NCBI GenBank assembly: GCA_050949255.1
Contig: JBMNFJ010000016.1
Coordinates: forward strand, 140,665 to 204,664
DNA length: 64,000 nt
Source of the DNA: Caldicoprobacterales bacterium
GTDB lineage: Bacteria > Bacillota > Clostridia > Caldicoprobacterales > UBA3941
Reading direction: 5' to 3'
Shown: one piece after another, positions 37,328-46,818 of the stretch
Numbering within the stretch: the stretch's first letter is position 1
How the letters are laid out: each line of letters opens with the position of its first letter
Notes under the pieces: model-generated
The model's database searches: none
Told to the model about the DNA's origin: nothing
What the model saw: only the letters and a program-made list of their open reading frames with translations
Position numbers and translations under genes: made by a program

Positions 37328-39859
37328 ATGAAACTAGCATTTTCAACCCTTGGATGTCCGGATTTTAGCTGGCCGGAAATCTATTCAATGGCCAGCGACT
37401 TTGGCTTTGACGGGATAGAGATAAGGGGTCTGGGCAAGGATATTTTTGCTGTTGAGGCCCAGCCTTTTACAGAAGAACAACTTCCTAAAACCATAAATAA
37501 GTTATCAGAACTTGGGATTGAGATTCCCTGTCTATCATCAGGTTGTTGTCTTAAGTTTGCTGAGAAGGCAGAGGAGAATCATGAGGAGATAGTTAAATAT
37601 ATCCTGTTGGCATCTAGGCTGGGTACTCCCTATGTCCGTATTCTTGCGGATCTCAAACCCCATCCTACCGGTGAAGTAGACGATGGGGTAGTCCTGGCTG
37701 CTCTGGAACGTCTTATTCCTGTTGCAGAGGAGAATGAGGTAACCTTATTAATAGAAACCAATGGCGTTTACGCAGATACAACCCGCCTGTGTAGTCTGCT
37801 TAATGAAATATCCAGCGATGCCGTAGCAGCCCTATGGGATATAAATCATCCCTACCACTTTGCCGGAGAAACACCGGGGCAGACTGTTCAAAACCTGGGA
37901 GCTTACATTAAATATGTACATACCAAGGATTCAGTGATGGAGGATGGTATAGTTAAGTATAGAATGATGGGAGAGGGCGAGATACCCATGGATAAAGTTA
38001 TGATGGCCTTGCGCTCTATAAACTATGAGGGCTATCTCTCCTTAGAATGGGTAAAACGTTGGTCTTCAGACCTGGCTGAAGCCGGGGTCGTCTTCCCTAA
38101 TTATGCCGCCTATATGAGTAGATATATAGAAAAAGGCTCTATAAAGGGCCACCTATATGACAATAATGCCGGGACCGGTAAATATATTTGGCAGAAGGAT
38201 ACTTTGATTGATCTGACCTTTCCTCAGTTATTGGATCGGGTTGTAGACGAATTCCCAAATCAATATGCTTTTCGATATACAACAATGGATTATACCCGAA
38301 CCTATAAGGAGTTTAGGGATGATGTGGATGCTTTTGCCCGTTCATTGATTGCAATAGGTGTAAAACACGGGGACAAAGTGGCTATCTGGGCAACCAATGT
38401 GCCTCAGTGGTTTATTGCCTTTTGGGCTACAACCAAGATTGGCGCTATTTTGGTCACAGTCAACACCGCCTATAAGACTTATGAGATGGAATACCTGCTA
38501 AGGCAATCGGACACCCATACCTTGATAATGATTGATGGATATAAGGATTCCGATTACATCGCAATTATCAAAGAATTATGTCCAGAATTGGAAGAGTCGG
38601 AGGCAGGAAAGCCCTTGCATATAAGGAAGTTCCCCTTCCTTAGAAATATTATTACTATTGATTCTAAACAAAAGGGATGTTTGACCTGGGAGGAAGCCCT
38701 GGCCTTAGGCGAAAAAGTGCCCTTGGAAGAGGTTTATAGAAGGGCCCAATCCTTGAATCGGCATGATGTCTGTAACATGCAGTACACCTCCGGAACTACG
38801 GGCTTTCCCAAAGGAGTAATGCTTACCCATTACAATGTGGTTAACAACGGCAAAAATATCGGCGATAATATGGATCTGTCAACTGCGGACCGAATGATGA
38901 TCCAGGTACCCATGTTCCATTGCTTTGGTATGGTTCTTGCTATGACAGCTGCCGTTACCCATGGAACTACTATGTCGCCCTTACCATACTTTTCACCCAG
39001 ATTGGCACTAAGGTGTATTACAGAGGAGAAGATCACCTGTTTCCATGGCGTACCTACTATGTTTATCGCCTTATTAGAGCATGAGGATTTTCATAAAACG
39101 GACTTTTCTCATGTGAGAACCGGTATTATGGCCGGCAGTCCTTGTCCTGAAAAGGTCATGCAGGATGTGGTAGATAAAATGAATATGACTGAGATCACTA
39201 TTGTCTATGGTCAGACTGAATCTTCTCCCGGTTGTACTCAAAGTCGGGTGGATGATAGTGTTGAGCTTCGGGTAAGCACCGTGGGCCGAGCCCTGCCCGG
39301 AATCGAATGTAAAATAATTGATCCTAAGACAGGGGAAGATCTGCCTGACAATGTAGATGGCGAATTCGTAGTTAGGGGTTACAATATAATGAAGGGCTAT
39401 TACAAAATGCCAGAGGCTACCGCCGCTGTAATAGATCAGGATGGCTGGCTTCATACCGGTGATCTGGCCCGTAGGGATGAAAATGGTTACTACAAAATTA
39501 CCGGCCGGATCAAGGACATGATAATTCGGGGCGGAGAAAACATATATCCAAAGGAGATCGAGGACTTCATCTATACTCATCCCAAGGTTAAGGATGTTCA
39601 GGTAATCGGGGTTCCCGATGAGCAGTATGGAGAAGAAATCATGGCCTGCGTAATCCTAAAAGACGGCGAGGAGCTGACGGAGGATGAACTAAAGGATTAT
39701 GTTCGGTCTTCCATGGCCAAGCACAAGACCCCTCGCTATGTTGAATTTGTAAAGGAATTCCCAATGAATGCCGCAGGTAAGATTATGAAGTATAAACTCC
39801 GAGAACAGGCGACTGAAAAACTAAATCTGAGGAATAGTAATCATATAGTCATAGTTTGA
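37328..39859 (+). CDS. Fusion protein: xylose-isomerase-like TIM barrel (N-terminal, about 270 aa) + AMP-forming acyl-CoA synthetase/ANL adenylating enzyme (C-terminal, about 560 aa)
   Basis: The N-terminus reads MKLAFSTLGCPDFSWPEIY...GFDGIEIRG...LLIETNG...YLSLEW. The C-terminus has MQYTSGTTGFPKGVMLTH, VYGQTESSP, TGDLARRDENGYYKITGRIKDMIIRGGENIYPKEIE and AGKIMKYKLRE. It is one uninterrupted frame with RBS AGGAGG. Confidence 0.85.
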   Translation: MKLAFSTLGCPDFSWPEIYSMASDFGFDGIEIRGLGKDIFAVEAQPFTEEQLPKTINKLSELGIEIPCLSSGCCLKFAEKAEENHEEIVKYILLASRLGTPYVRILADLKPHPTGEVDDGVVLAALERLIPVAEENEVTLLIETNGVYADTTRLCSLLNEISSDAVAALWDINHPYHFAGETPGQTVQNLGAYIKYVHTKDSVMEDGIVKYRMMGEGEIPMDKVMMALRSINYEGYLSLEWVKRWSSDLAEAGVVFPNYAAYMSRYIEKGSIKGHLYDNNAGTGKYIWQKDTLIDLTFPQLLDRVVDEFPNQYAFRYTTMDYTRTYKEFRDDVDAFARSLIAIGVKHGDKVAIWATNVPQWFIAFWATTKIGAILVTVNTAYKTYEMEYLLRQSDTHTLIMIDGYKDSDYIAIIKELCPELEESEAGKPLHIRKFPFLRNIITIDSKQKGCLTWEEALALGEKVPLEEVYRRAQSLNRHDVCNMQYTSGTTGFPKGVMLTHYNVVNNGKNIGDNMDLSTADRMMIQVPMFHCFGMVLAMTAAVTHGTTMSPLPYFSPRLALRCITEEKITCFHGVPTMFIALLEHEDFHKTDFSHVRTGIMAGSPCPEKVMQDVVDKMNMTEITIVYGQTESSPGCTQSRVDDSVELRVSTVGRALPGIECKIIDPKTGEDLPDNVDGEFVVRGYNIMKGYYKMPEATAAVIDQDGWLHTGDLARRDENGYYKITGRIKDMIIRGGENIYPKEIEDFIYTHPKVKDVQVIGVPDEQYGEEIMACVILKDGEELTEDELKDYVRSSMAKHKTPRYVEFVKEFPMNAAGKIMKYKLREQATEKLNLRNSNHIVIV

Positions 39860-39889
39860 TGAAAATCAATTATACACAACTGGTTATAT

Positions 39890-39930
39890 AAGAAGGAACT
39901 GCGATACGGATTTGCAGTTCCTTCTTGTAT
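39890..39930 (+). terminator. Intrinsic terminator after the fusion gene
   Basis: AAGAAGGAACTGC (39890-39902) pairs with GCAGTTCCTTCTT (39914-39926), a 13-bp perfect stem. The U-tract is short. Confidence 0.7.
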
Positions 39931-40096
39931 GGAATGTTTAGGCAAATTTTAAAAGGATTATAAGAAAGTATGTAGAATAATGTATCATTAATCAAGTCTT
40001 CCTATAAGGGTAAACAAGAAAACACTGGAATAGGAATTGTAGGCTCTTTGTAAAGGATCTGTCTTAATAAAGGAGAGATTTTGGAGGGATATCAAG

Positions 40097-41476
40097 ATGG
40101 CGGTAAAAGCTGTATATGATTATAGGCCAAGGATTCATTTCACTACTCAAAAGGGCTGGATCAACGACCCCAATGGATTGGTGTACCATGACGGCATCTA
40201 TCATCTTTTTTATCAGCACTATCCCAAGGATACAAAATGGGGCCCCATGCATTGGGGGCACGCCATAAGCCAGGATCTTATAAGGTGGGAGCACCTGCCC
40301 ATTGCCCTGGAGCCGGATGAACTTGGGCATATATTCTCCGGAAGTGCAGTATACGATAGGGACAATACTACAGGCTTTGCATCTTTTGGTAAACCACCCA
40401 TAGTAACTATGTTTACCCATAGCGGAGAAACCCAGCAACAGAGTATAGCCTATAGTACGGATGGGGTAAACTTTACTAAATACGCAGGTAACCCGGTTAT
40501 AAAAAACCCAGGGATAAGAGATTTTAGAGATCCCAAGGTCTTTTATAACCCGGTGCGGGATTCATGGAGCTGTGTAGTAGCGGCGGGAGACCGAGTGCAC
40601 TTCTATGCATCCCCAAATTTGATTGACTGGATAAAAACAGGAGAGTTCGGACCCGAGGGGAACCTCTGTCCCGGCATATGGGAATGTCCGGATATCTTTC
40701 CATTAAAGGCGCCAAACGGTGATGAGGTATGGGTTTTGGTGGTGAGTATGACCATTCCATTGGAGAAGGGCGGTCCAAAAACACAGTATTTTCTCGGCAC
40801 CTTTGACGGAGATGCCTTTATCTGTACCAGACCCTTTGATGGGATAGAATGGATAGATCCCGGATTTGATAATTATGCCGCCATGTCCTATTACGGAGAG
40901 GAACTAAGGGATAGAATTGTTATTGGTTGGGGCGCTAACTGGCAATATGCCGCAGATACGCCAACCGATGAGTATCGAGGTATGATGACCTTAGCCAGAA
41001 AGCTCTCTCTTGTAGATACTCCGAAGGGATTGAGGTTGTCATCTGCACCTTTTGGTACACTGGGAGAAATAATGGTTTCCACTGCAGTAATAAAAGGGGA
41101 AAAGGCTGTAGAAAGCCAGGTCTTTGGGCTACGGGTGGAAGGACACCGGAACTTTGCGATTACACTTTCAAATGAAGTTGGTGAAGAGCTTGTTTTCGGT
41201 GTAAATGAGAATGATAATATTTTTATGGATAGGAGCAAGGCAGGGGATAAGACCTTTAGTGAAATCTTTGCTTCTGATATCTTTAGCAAAGTGGAGAAAG
41301 AAAGGTTATTTACAGGGGCCATTACTATGGAAGCTATTTTTGATGTTGCAATGTTGGAGGTATTCGCAGATAGGGGAACCTTCGCCTGCGCACAAGTCGT
41401 TTATCCTACGACACCCTATAATAGGATTTCCATAGAAGGGGAAGCAAAAGTTACTTATTACGACGTTAAACTATGA
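40097..41476 (+). CDS. GH32 beta-fructofuranosidase (sucrase/levanase-type)
   Basis: WINDPNGLVYHDGIYHLFYQHYP, FRDPKV and WECPD are the GH32 catalytic motifs. Confidence 0.9.
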   Translation: MAVKAVYDYRPRIHFTTQKGWINDPNGLVYHDGIYHLFYQHYPKDTKWGPMHWGHAISQDLIRWEHLPIALEPDELGHIFSGSAVYDRDNTTGFASFGKPPIVTMFTHSGETQQQSIAYSTDGVNFTKYAGNPVIKNPGIRDFRDPKVFYNPVRDSWSCVVAAGDRVHFYASPNLIDWIKTGEFGPEGNLCPGIWECPDIFPLKAPNGDEVWVLVVSMTIPLEKGGPKTQYFLGTFDGDAFICTRPFDGIEWIDPGFDNYAAMSYYGEELRDRIVIGWGANWQYAADTPTDEYRGMMTLARKLSLVDTPKGLRLSSAPFGTLGEIMVSTAVIKGEKAVESQVFGLRVEGHRNFAITLSNEVGEELVFGVNENDNIFMDRSKAGDKTFSEIFASDIFSKVEKERLFTGAITMEAIFDVAMLEVFADRGTFACAQVVYPTTPYNRISIEGEAKVTYYDVKL

Positions 41477-41497
41477 CTCGGAAGGAATAGAAGAAAC

Positions 41498-42055
41498 GTG
41501 AGGATTATAGAGAGGGCTATTATATTTGCTACAGAAAAACATTCAGGTGCTGTAAGAAAGGGTAATGATATCCCATATATAGTCCATCCCATGGAAGCTT
41601 TATCCATAGCAGCCACTATGACTAATGATCCTGAAGTTCTGGCAGCAACGGTTTTGCATGATGTGGTGGAAGACACTGCTGTTACCATAGACCAGATAGA
41701 GGAGGGATTTGGTAAACGGGTTGCCGACTTGGTGGCCTGGGCCAGCGAGGACAAAATGTCCCATATCCCTCCCCAGGAATCCTGGAAGGCGAGAAAGGAT
41801 GCGACAATAAAAGCCTTGGGAGATGCATCCCTTGATGAGAAGATCATCATGTTGGCTGACAAATTATCAAATATGCGGGGTCTTTACCATGGCTTAATCC
41901 ATAAAGGGGATGAAATCTGGAGACAGTTTAACCAAAAGGACAAAAGGATGCACGAATGGTACTATAGGGCCATTTTAGGGGCCCTTACCCCCTTATCGAA
42001 TAGTATTGCCTATCAAGAATTCTCTTACCTGATTGACAAGGTCTTCAATGGGTAG
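41498..42055 (+). CDS. Stand-alone HD-domain (p)ppGpp-hydrolase-like protein (small alarmone hydrolase candidate)
   Basis: HSGAVRKGNDIPYIVHPMEA...AATVLHDVVEDTAVTIDQIEEGFGKRVADLV matches the RelA/SpoT hydrolase-domain signature. It is only 185 aa and has no synthetase domain. GTG start. Confidence 0.7.
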   Translation: MRIIERAIIFATEKHSGAVRKGNDIPYIVHPMEALSIAATMTNDPEVLAATVLHDVVEDTAVTIDQIEEGFGKRVADLVAWASEDKMSHIPPQESWKARKDATIKALGDASLDEKIIMLADKLSNMRGLYHGLIHKGDEIWRQFNQKDKRMHEWYYRAILGALTPLSNSIAYQEFSYLIDKVFNG

Positions 42056-43238
42056 CATCACCTGTCTCTTTCTCCAAATGTGGAAGGCTAAAGGCCATAA
42101 TAGCGGCCACTATGCCGAATAAGCCGGTTATCCAAAATCCCCAAGATAGGTTTAAAAAGTCACTGATAAATCCAACTATTATAGGGCCTAAAAACATTCC
42201 AAGGCCATAGATTGCCTGAAAGAACCCCATAGCGGTAGCTTTTTTATCGTTGCTTACAGCTTGGATGCTGGTACTCATCAGGATCGAAAAGACAGCACCT
42301 CTTGCAAATCCTCCCGCAATTTGGGACAGGTATAGAAGATTAATGCTATTGATAGAGGGTATAAGGCCGGCTGATAAGCCCATGATAATAAAACCAAGTG
42401 TGAGGGCTTTACGCTTTCCAAACCGAACCACCGGAGCTGAACCACTGAGGGCGGATGCAAAAATAGCGGGAAATGTCGAAAAAGTTGTTAACAGAGATAT
42501 TTGGCCTTGGGTTGCCCCCAGATTCTTAGCTGCCAGGGGAGTAAAACCATATACGGTTGCAAAGGTAATGATTTGCAATAATACCGCTAATCCTGAGGCA
42601 AACAACAGCTGAGGTTCCTTGCCGACGGCCAGGAGTTCCAGCAATTTAATAGGTTTTTGTTCTGTTTTATTTTCAACTATACCGGTCCCCAACAATAAAG
42701 ATAGGGTTCCTACTGTAGCTGCCAGGTAGAATGGGGCAACGGGGCTATTAAAGACGCTTATAACTAAACCGCCCAGGAGAAGTGCCGCAATTTGTCCCAG
42801 ATTATTGAAGGCGTTCAAGTAACCGATAGCCTTAGTGGACTGCTGATCAGTGAAATAGCTTGCGAACAGGACCGTAAATGGAACCCAGGCTGCAGCTGCT
42901 GCACCGCTTAGTCCTCGGAAAATCAGCAGCGACCATGGTGTCTTGAAAAAACCCATACCCAGACTGCTTATTACAGAGATTAATATACCCAGCAAAATGA
43001 ACCTTTTACGTGCATTAATCTTATCCGAGTAGATACCAAGAGGAAGTCTAAGTACCATCTGTACAAAACCATAGGAACTTATAATAAGACCAATCAGCTT
43101 ATTGGATGCTCCCAAACTCTCTGCATAAATAGGCAGGTTGGGAACAAAGGCATAAAGTGAAAACCAGAAAAGGCTTGTTACCAAATAATAAAGTGGAATT
43201 CTGTGAGACCGTGGCTGATTTTGCATAACATCCTCCAA
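42045..43238 (-). CDS. MFS transporter
   Basis: 397 aa with 12 TM segments. The MFS loop motif is LPLGIYSDKINARKR. Confidence 0.85.
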   Translation of the reverse strand: MEDVMQNQPRSHRIPLYYLVTSLFWFSLYAFVPNLPIYAESLGASNKLIGLIISSYGFVQMVLRLPLGIYSDKINARKRFILLGILISVISSLGMGFFKTPWSLLIFRGLSGAAAAAWVPFTVLFASYFTDQQSTKAIGYLNAFNNLGQIAALLLGGLVISVFNSPVAPFYLAATVGTLSLLLGTGIVENKTEQKPIKLLELLAVGKEPQLLFASGLAVLLQIITFATVYGFTPLAAKNLGATQGQISLLTTFSTFPAIFASALSGSAPVVRFGKRKALTLGFIIMGLSAGLIPSINSINLLYLSQIAGGFARGAVFSILMSTSIQAVSNDKKATAMGFFQAIYGLGMFLGPIIVGFISDFLNLSWGFWITGLFGIVAAIMAFSLPHLEKETGDATH

Positions 43239-43454
43239 AATATTGATAATTATAACAAGTTTCTACTTTAATCAGTATAATATATACTCAGAAATAATGC
43301 CATATAGATTTACTATATATGATCCTGGTCTGGCTTTTATCAGGATAATGATATCTATATGTTTCTTGACTTCAGATACCTGTAAGATTATGCTATAAGT
43401 AGCAGGCAGGGGAACAAAAGACTGCAGGGTAATAAGAGGAAGGAGACAGTTATA

Positions 43455-44420
43455 ATGAAAATTTTGACGACCTTTAAACCCAGTAAAGAAGTTATAGCTG
43501 AAATGGTAAAACTAGGTGCTTGTGTAACCGTTTTTGCTTCCGAGGAAGAGCTGATTAAATCCAATGAAGTGGAAGAAGCCGATGCTGTTATTGCAAACCA
43601 CAGGACTTTGCAAATTGATTTTCTGAACAGGTGCAAGAAATTAAGGTGGATTCATGTTCCGCACGTGGGTATTGAGAGGCTGCCTTTACAGTATCTCAAA
43701 GAAAGAAACATAATAGTGACTAATGCCCGCGGGACAGCGGGTGTACCCATCTCAGAGCATATCATGACTATGATGCTGATGTTTGCAAGAAAAAGCTTCG
43801 CCGCCTATAAAAATCAACTAGCCCGTAGTTGGAAAAGTCCGGGTAATGTTTTTAATCTCTATAATAAAACCGTAGGACTTTTGGGTACTGGAGATGTAGG
43901 AAGCGAAACGGCAAAAAGGGCTAAGGCATTTGGTATGAGAACAATTGGCTATAATACAACCGGTGAACCCTTGGAACATTTCGACAAGGTTTATTCCCCC
44001 GATGGGCTAAATGAATTCCTGGCTCAATGTGATTTTATTGTGTGTACACTTCCACCGACATCAAAAACAGAACATTTAATAGATGAAGAGCAATTTAAAT
44101 GTATGAAATCAACGGCTTATATCATTAATATATCGAGAGCAATAATTTTCAACGAGGAAGTACTATACAGCTATCTAAAAGATAAAAAAATAGCTGGTGC
44201 AGCCCTGGACGTATTTATGGATGAATTCAGGTTGGGATATTTACCTAAGGATAGTCCTTTCTGGGATCTGGACAATCTCATTATTACGCCCCATATGGCA
44301 GGTGCCGGCGATCAGTGGAATTATTTCTCAACCAATATCATAATGCATAACGTACAATGTTTCTGTGAGAACAGATTGGATGATATGATCAATATTAGGG
44401 ATTATGATAAAGGCTATTAG
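43455..44420 (+). CDS. NAD-dependent D-isomer-specific 2-hydroxyacid dehydrogenase
   Basis: GLLGTGDVGSETAKRAKAFGM is the Rossmann motif. ALDVF and ITPHMAG are catalytic-region motifs. Confidence 0.85.
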   Translation: MKILTTFKPSKEVIAEMVKLGACVTVFASEEELIKSNEVEEADAVIANHRTLQIDFLNRCKKLRWIHVPHVGIERLPLQYLKERNIIVTNARGTAGVPISEHIMTMMLMFARKSFAAYKNQLARSWKSPGNVFNLYNKTVGLLGTGDVGSETAKRAKAFGMRTIGYNTTGEPLEHFDKVYSPDGLNEFLAQCDFIVCTLPPTSKTEHLIDEEQFKCMKSTAYIINISRAIIFNEEVLYSYLKDKKIAGAALDVFMDEFRLGYLPKDSPFWDLDNLIITPHMAGAGDQWNYFSTNIIMHNVQCFCENRLDDMINIRDYDKGY

Positions 44421-44431
44421 ATTTGATTATG

Positions 44432-44476
44432 GCAGACCGGCCATGACGGTGTAATTAACCGGCCGGTCTGCTTCTT
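44432..44476 (+). terminator. Intrinsic terminator
   Basis: GCAGACCGGCC (44432-44442) pairs with GGCCGGTCTGC (44461-44471), followed by TTCTT. Confidence 0.75.
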
Positions 44477-44556
44477 AATACAGACAGTATACTTAGGTCA
44501 GAGAATGTTTGATGTTGTGAACCTATCATCCAACTGTGATATTTTTAATCTAACCG

Positions 44557-44925
44557 TCATTTATCTTCGGAATAAGCCGTTCTAAACCCTCCTTCATCCC
44601 AGGGCACACCGCTTATTAATTCCAGCCTCTTTGTACCATCAGGCTTGACTACTTGGTAAATGGTGGGAGTCTCTTGGCTATTGGCCCAGCTCTCCGGAGT
44701 TGGTAATCTTTCGCCCCAGGTTTTCCCCCCGTCTACACTTTTTTTCATGACTATAGGACCCTTGCCATGACCTTTGGGGTAGAATACAAGTATGGTTCCA
44801 TCATCCAGAAGTATAGAATCAGGATGACCCAGATATTGACTTTCTTCCCTGTCTACAAGATATTGCAAACATTTATTCTGAGACAGATCTACATATCTTA
44901 TAGATTCTAACTTATTACGGCTCAT
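44557..44925 (-). pseudogene. N-terminal fragment of a BNR/Asp-box (sialidase-like) glycosidase gene
   Basis: 122 aa with a single Asp-box SVDGGKTW. Such beta-propeller proteins are normally more than 350 aa. The ORF ends just before the convergent terminator. Confidence 0.5.
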
Positions 44926-45040
44926 ACCAAATACCTCCTATACCGAGATTGCAGGCAAACCTACTCTTATAGATGGTACGCAAGGCTCTAATTTAAACAT
45001 ACTTTTTATCATATTTGCTTGTCAATAAGCTATAGTAATA

Positions 45041-45790
45041 TCACCTATTTTTATCCGCATATATGGCCATGGCTTTACACATAAATTTTGCCAAGCCTTC
45101 GCCGAATTGATCTATATTCTTGGTGAAACGTTCATCCTCTACATACATTTGCCCCAACCCTTTAAATGCATCCAGGGAATAATGATGACCGAAATTTTGG
45201 TTTAAAAAGTCGTACCATTCTTTTATGGCCTTTTGTGCATCATCTGATTCCGGCGGAGTGTTTCTAAGTTCTGCCAACCTTTGATAGATAGCGTTCATCT
45301 TTTCAACCGTGGTCTTTCTATCGGATTCAGACATGCCGCGAATCCAGGCATTGGATTTTTCAACAACGTCATCACCCCAACGCTGACGGGCTTCCTCTTC
45401 ATATGGGTTATTGCTGAAATCAAACCCTGCGAATTTCTCTTTATTGGACATTTGAATTTCCCCTTTCATATACTTTATTGTTTTGTCAACAGTCGCAAGC
45501 ATTTTGTCGATTCTATTGCGTTTCTCAAGGAGCATTTTTCTATGGAGCTGGAGCGCTTCCTGACGATCAAAGGAGGGATTGCCGATGATCTCTTTAATCT
45601 TTTTTAATGGGAAGTCGAGCTCCCTAAAAAACAGAATCTGCTGGAGTATTTCAAGATCGCTGTCGGTGTAAATGCGATAACCGGAATCGGTTCTTTTCTC
45701 CGGAGTCAACAACCCGATTTGGTCATAGTGATGCAGCGTACGTACACTAATCCCAACTAAATCAGCGACTTCCTTTACTTTTAATCCCAT
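45041..45790 (-). CDS. MerR-family regulator with a TipAS-type effector domain (TipAL/Mta-like)
   Basis: [28 protein letters not shown] is a MerR HTH. The C-terminus has ...WYDFLNQNF...[12 protein letters not shown].... SD GGGAGTGA precedes ATG 45790. The track's longer start overlaps the promoter. Confidence 0.85.
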   Translation of the reverse strand: MGLKVKEVADLVGISVRTLHHYDQIGLLTPEKRTDSGYRIYTDSDLEILQQILFFRELDFPLKKIKEIIGNPSFDRQEALQLHRKMLLEKRNRIDKMLATVDKTIKYMKGEIQMSNKEKFAGFDFSNNPYEEEARQRWGDDVVEKSNAWIRGMSESDRKTTVEKMNAIYQRLAELRNTPPESDDAQKAIKEWYDFLNQNFGHHYSLDAFKGLGQMYVEDERFTKNIDQFGEGLAKFMCKAMAIYADKNR

Positions 45791-45812
45791 CTCATCACTC
45801 CCTATGGTAGCT

Positions 45813-45843
45813 ATTATAAAGTATAACGTAACGTTAGTGTCAA
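45813..45843 (-). promoter_or_regulatory. MerR-type promoter with a 19-bp spacer and internal dyad
   Basis: On the minus strand: TTGACA (45838-45843), a 19-nt spacer containing AACGT-T-ACGTT, then TATAAT (45813-45818). Confidence 0.7.
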
Positions 45844-45846
45844 TAG

Positions 45847-46686
45847 TCATTTTATCTGTGTGGGAAGAAGTTTTCCAAATCAACCGTCTCAGCTCTTTGC
45901 AAGAATCTGGATCCTATGGTGGAAGCCTTTAGAACACGACCTCTAAAGTGCCATTACCCCTTCCTCATGGTGGATGCCATCTATGTAAAGGTACGGGAGA
46001 ATGGCCGTATACAGTCAAGAGGTTTACTGATTGCCATAGCCGTAAATGAAGAAGGCCATCGTGAAATCATCGGATTTCAATTAGCCAACAGCGAATCAGA
46101 AAGCAGTTGGGGAGAGCTCTTCTCTTCCCTTAAGGACCGAGGACTAAAGAACGTTGATCTGGTTACCTCCGATGACCACAAAGGACTGGTCAATGCTATT
46201 AGAAGGCACTTTCAGGGAACCAGCTGGCAGCGTTGTCAAACTCACTTTTCCAGGAACATGCTGGATCATACGCCGAAAGCATTGCAGCCTGAAGTTAAGG
46301 AAGAACTGCGCCGGCTTTACGAATCCGTTGATCTGGAGAGTGCTCGCAAGGTTCGGGATCAGATCATCAAAACCTATGAATCCAAAGCACCAAAGGCTAC
46401 AGCTTTACTGGACGAGGCCTTTGATGACATAACCGCTGTTCTTGCACTGCCCCTGAAGTATCGGAAACGGCTACGCACTACCAATGGTGTAGAGAGGCTT
46501 AACCAGGAAATCCGTCGTCGGGAACGGGTGATTAGAATCTTCCCCAATGCGGCATCTGTCATCCGGCTCATGGGCGCTCTATTGATGGAGCATGATGAAA
46601 AATGGCAAACAGGGCGTAAATACTTTGATATGGCTCTATATTATCAAATACAGGACAAAGAATTAAAGGATAGCCCCGCTGCCTAA
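45847..46686 (+). mobile_element. 5'-truncated IS256-family (mutator-type) transposase gene remnant
   Basis: Homology-like sequence starts at ...[25 protein letters not shown], right after an in-frame stop at 45844. The DDE residues are retained (MVDAIYVKVR, VTSDDHKGL, GVERLNQEIRRR). The N-terminal part (roughly 130-150 aa expected) and the left IS end are missing. Confidence 0.8.
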
Positions 46687-46716
46687 AACTCGCATTTATT
46701 CCACGGTCCTATTGAC

Positions 46717-46818
46717 ACGGGGGCCCCTGCCCCCTCTGGACACCCATTTATGGCGGAAATAAGCCTATGGGGGGCGGTTTTTCCCGCCCCGAGATTATAC
46801 CAGAGGGGACTCCCCCGT
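46717..46818. repeat. GC-rich nested inverted repeats downstream of the IS256 remnant
   Basis: ACGGGGG (46717-46723) pairs with CCCCCGT (46812-46818). CCCCTCTGG (46731-46739) pairs with CCAGAGGGG (46800-46808). The inner hairpin is GGGGCGG (46771-46777) with CCGCCCC (46784-46790). Confidence 0.6.

Noticed and set aside
39074-39580. A 168-aa antisense ORF inside the acyl-CoA synthetase domain. Similar shadows occur at 2642-3130, 40064-40438, 40891-41322, 41458-41862 and 42250-42612.
   Set aside because: All lie entirely within well-supported genes on the opposite strand, and they lack SD sequences and motifs.
40040-40070. A cre-like (CcpA) sequence TTGTAAAGGATCTGTC upstream of the GH32 gene.
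   Set aside because: The central CG of the cre consensus (TGNAANCGNTNNCA) is not present, and there are too many mismatches.
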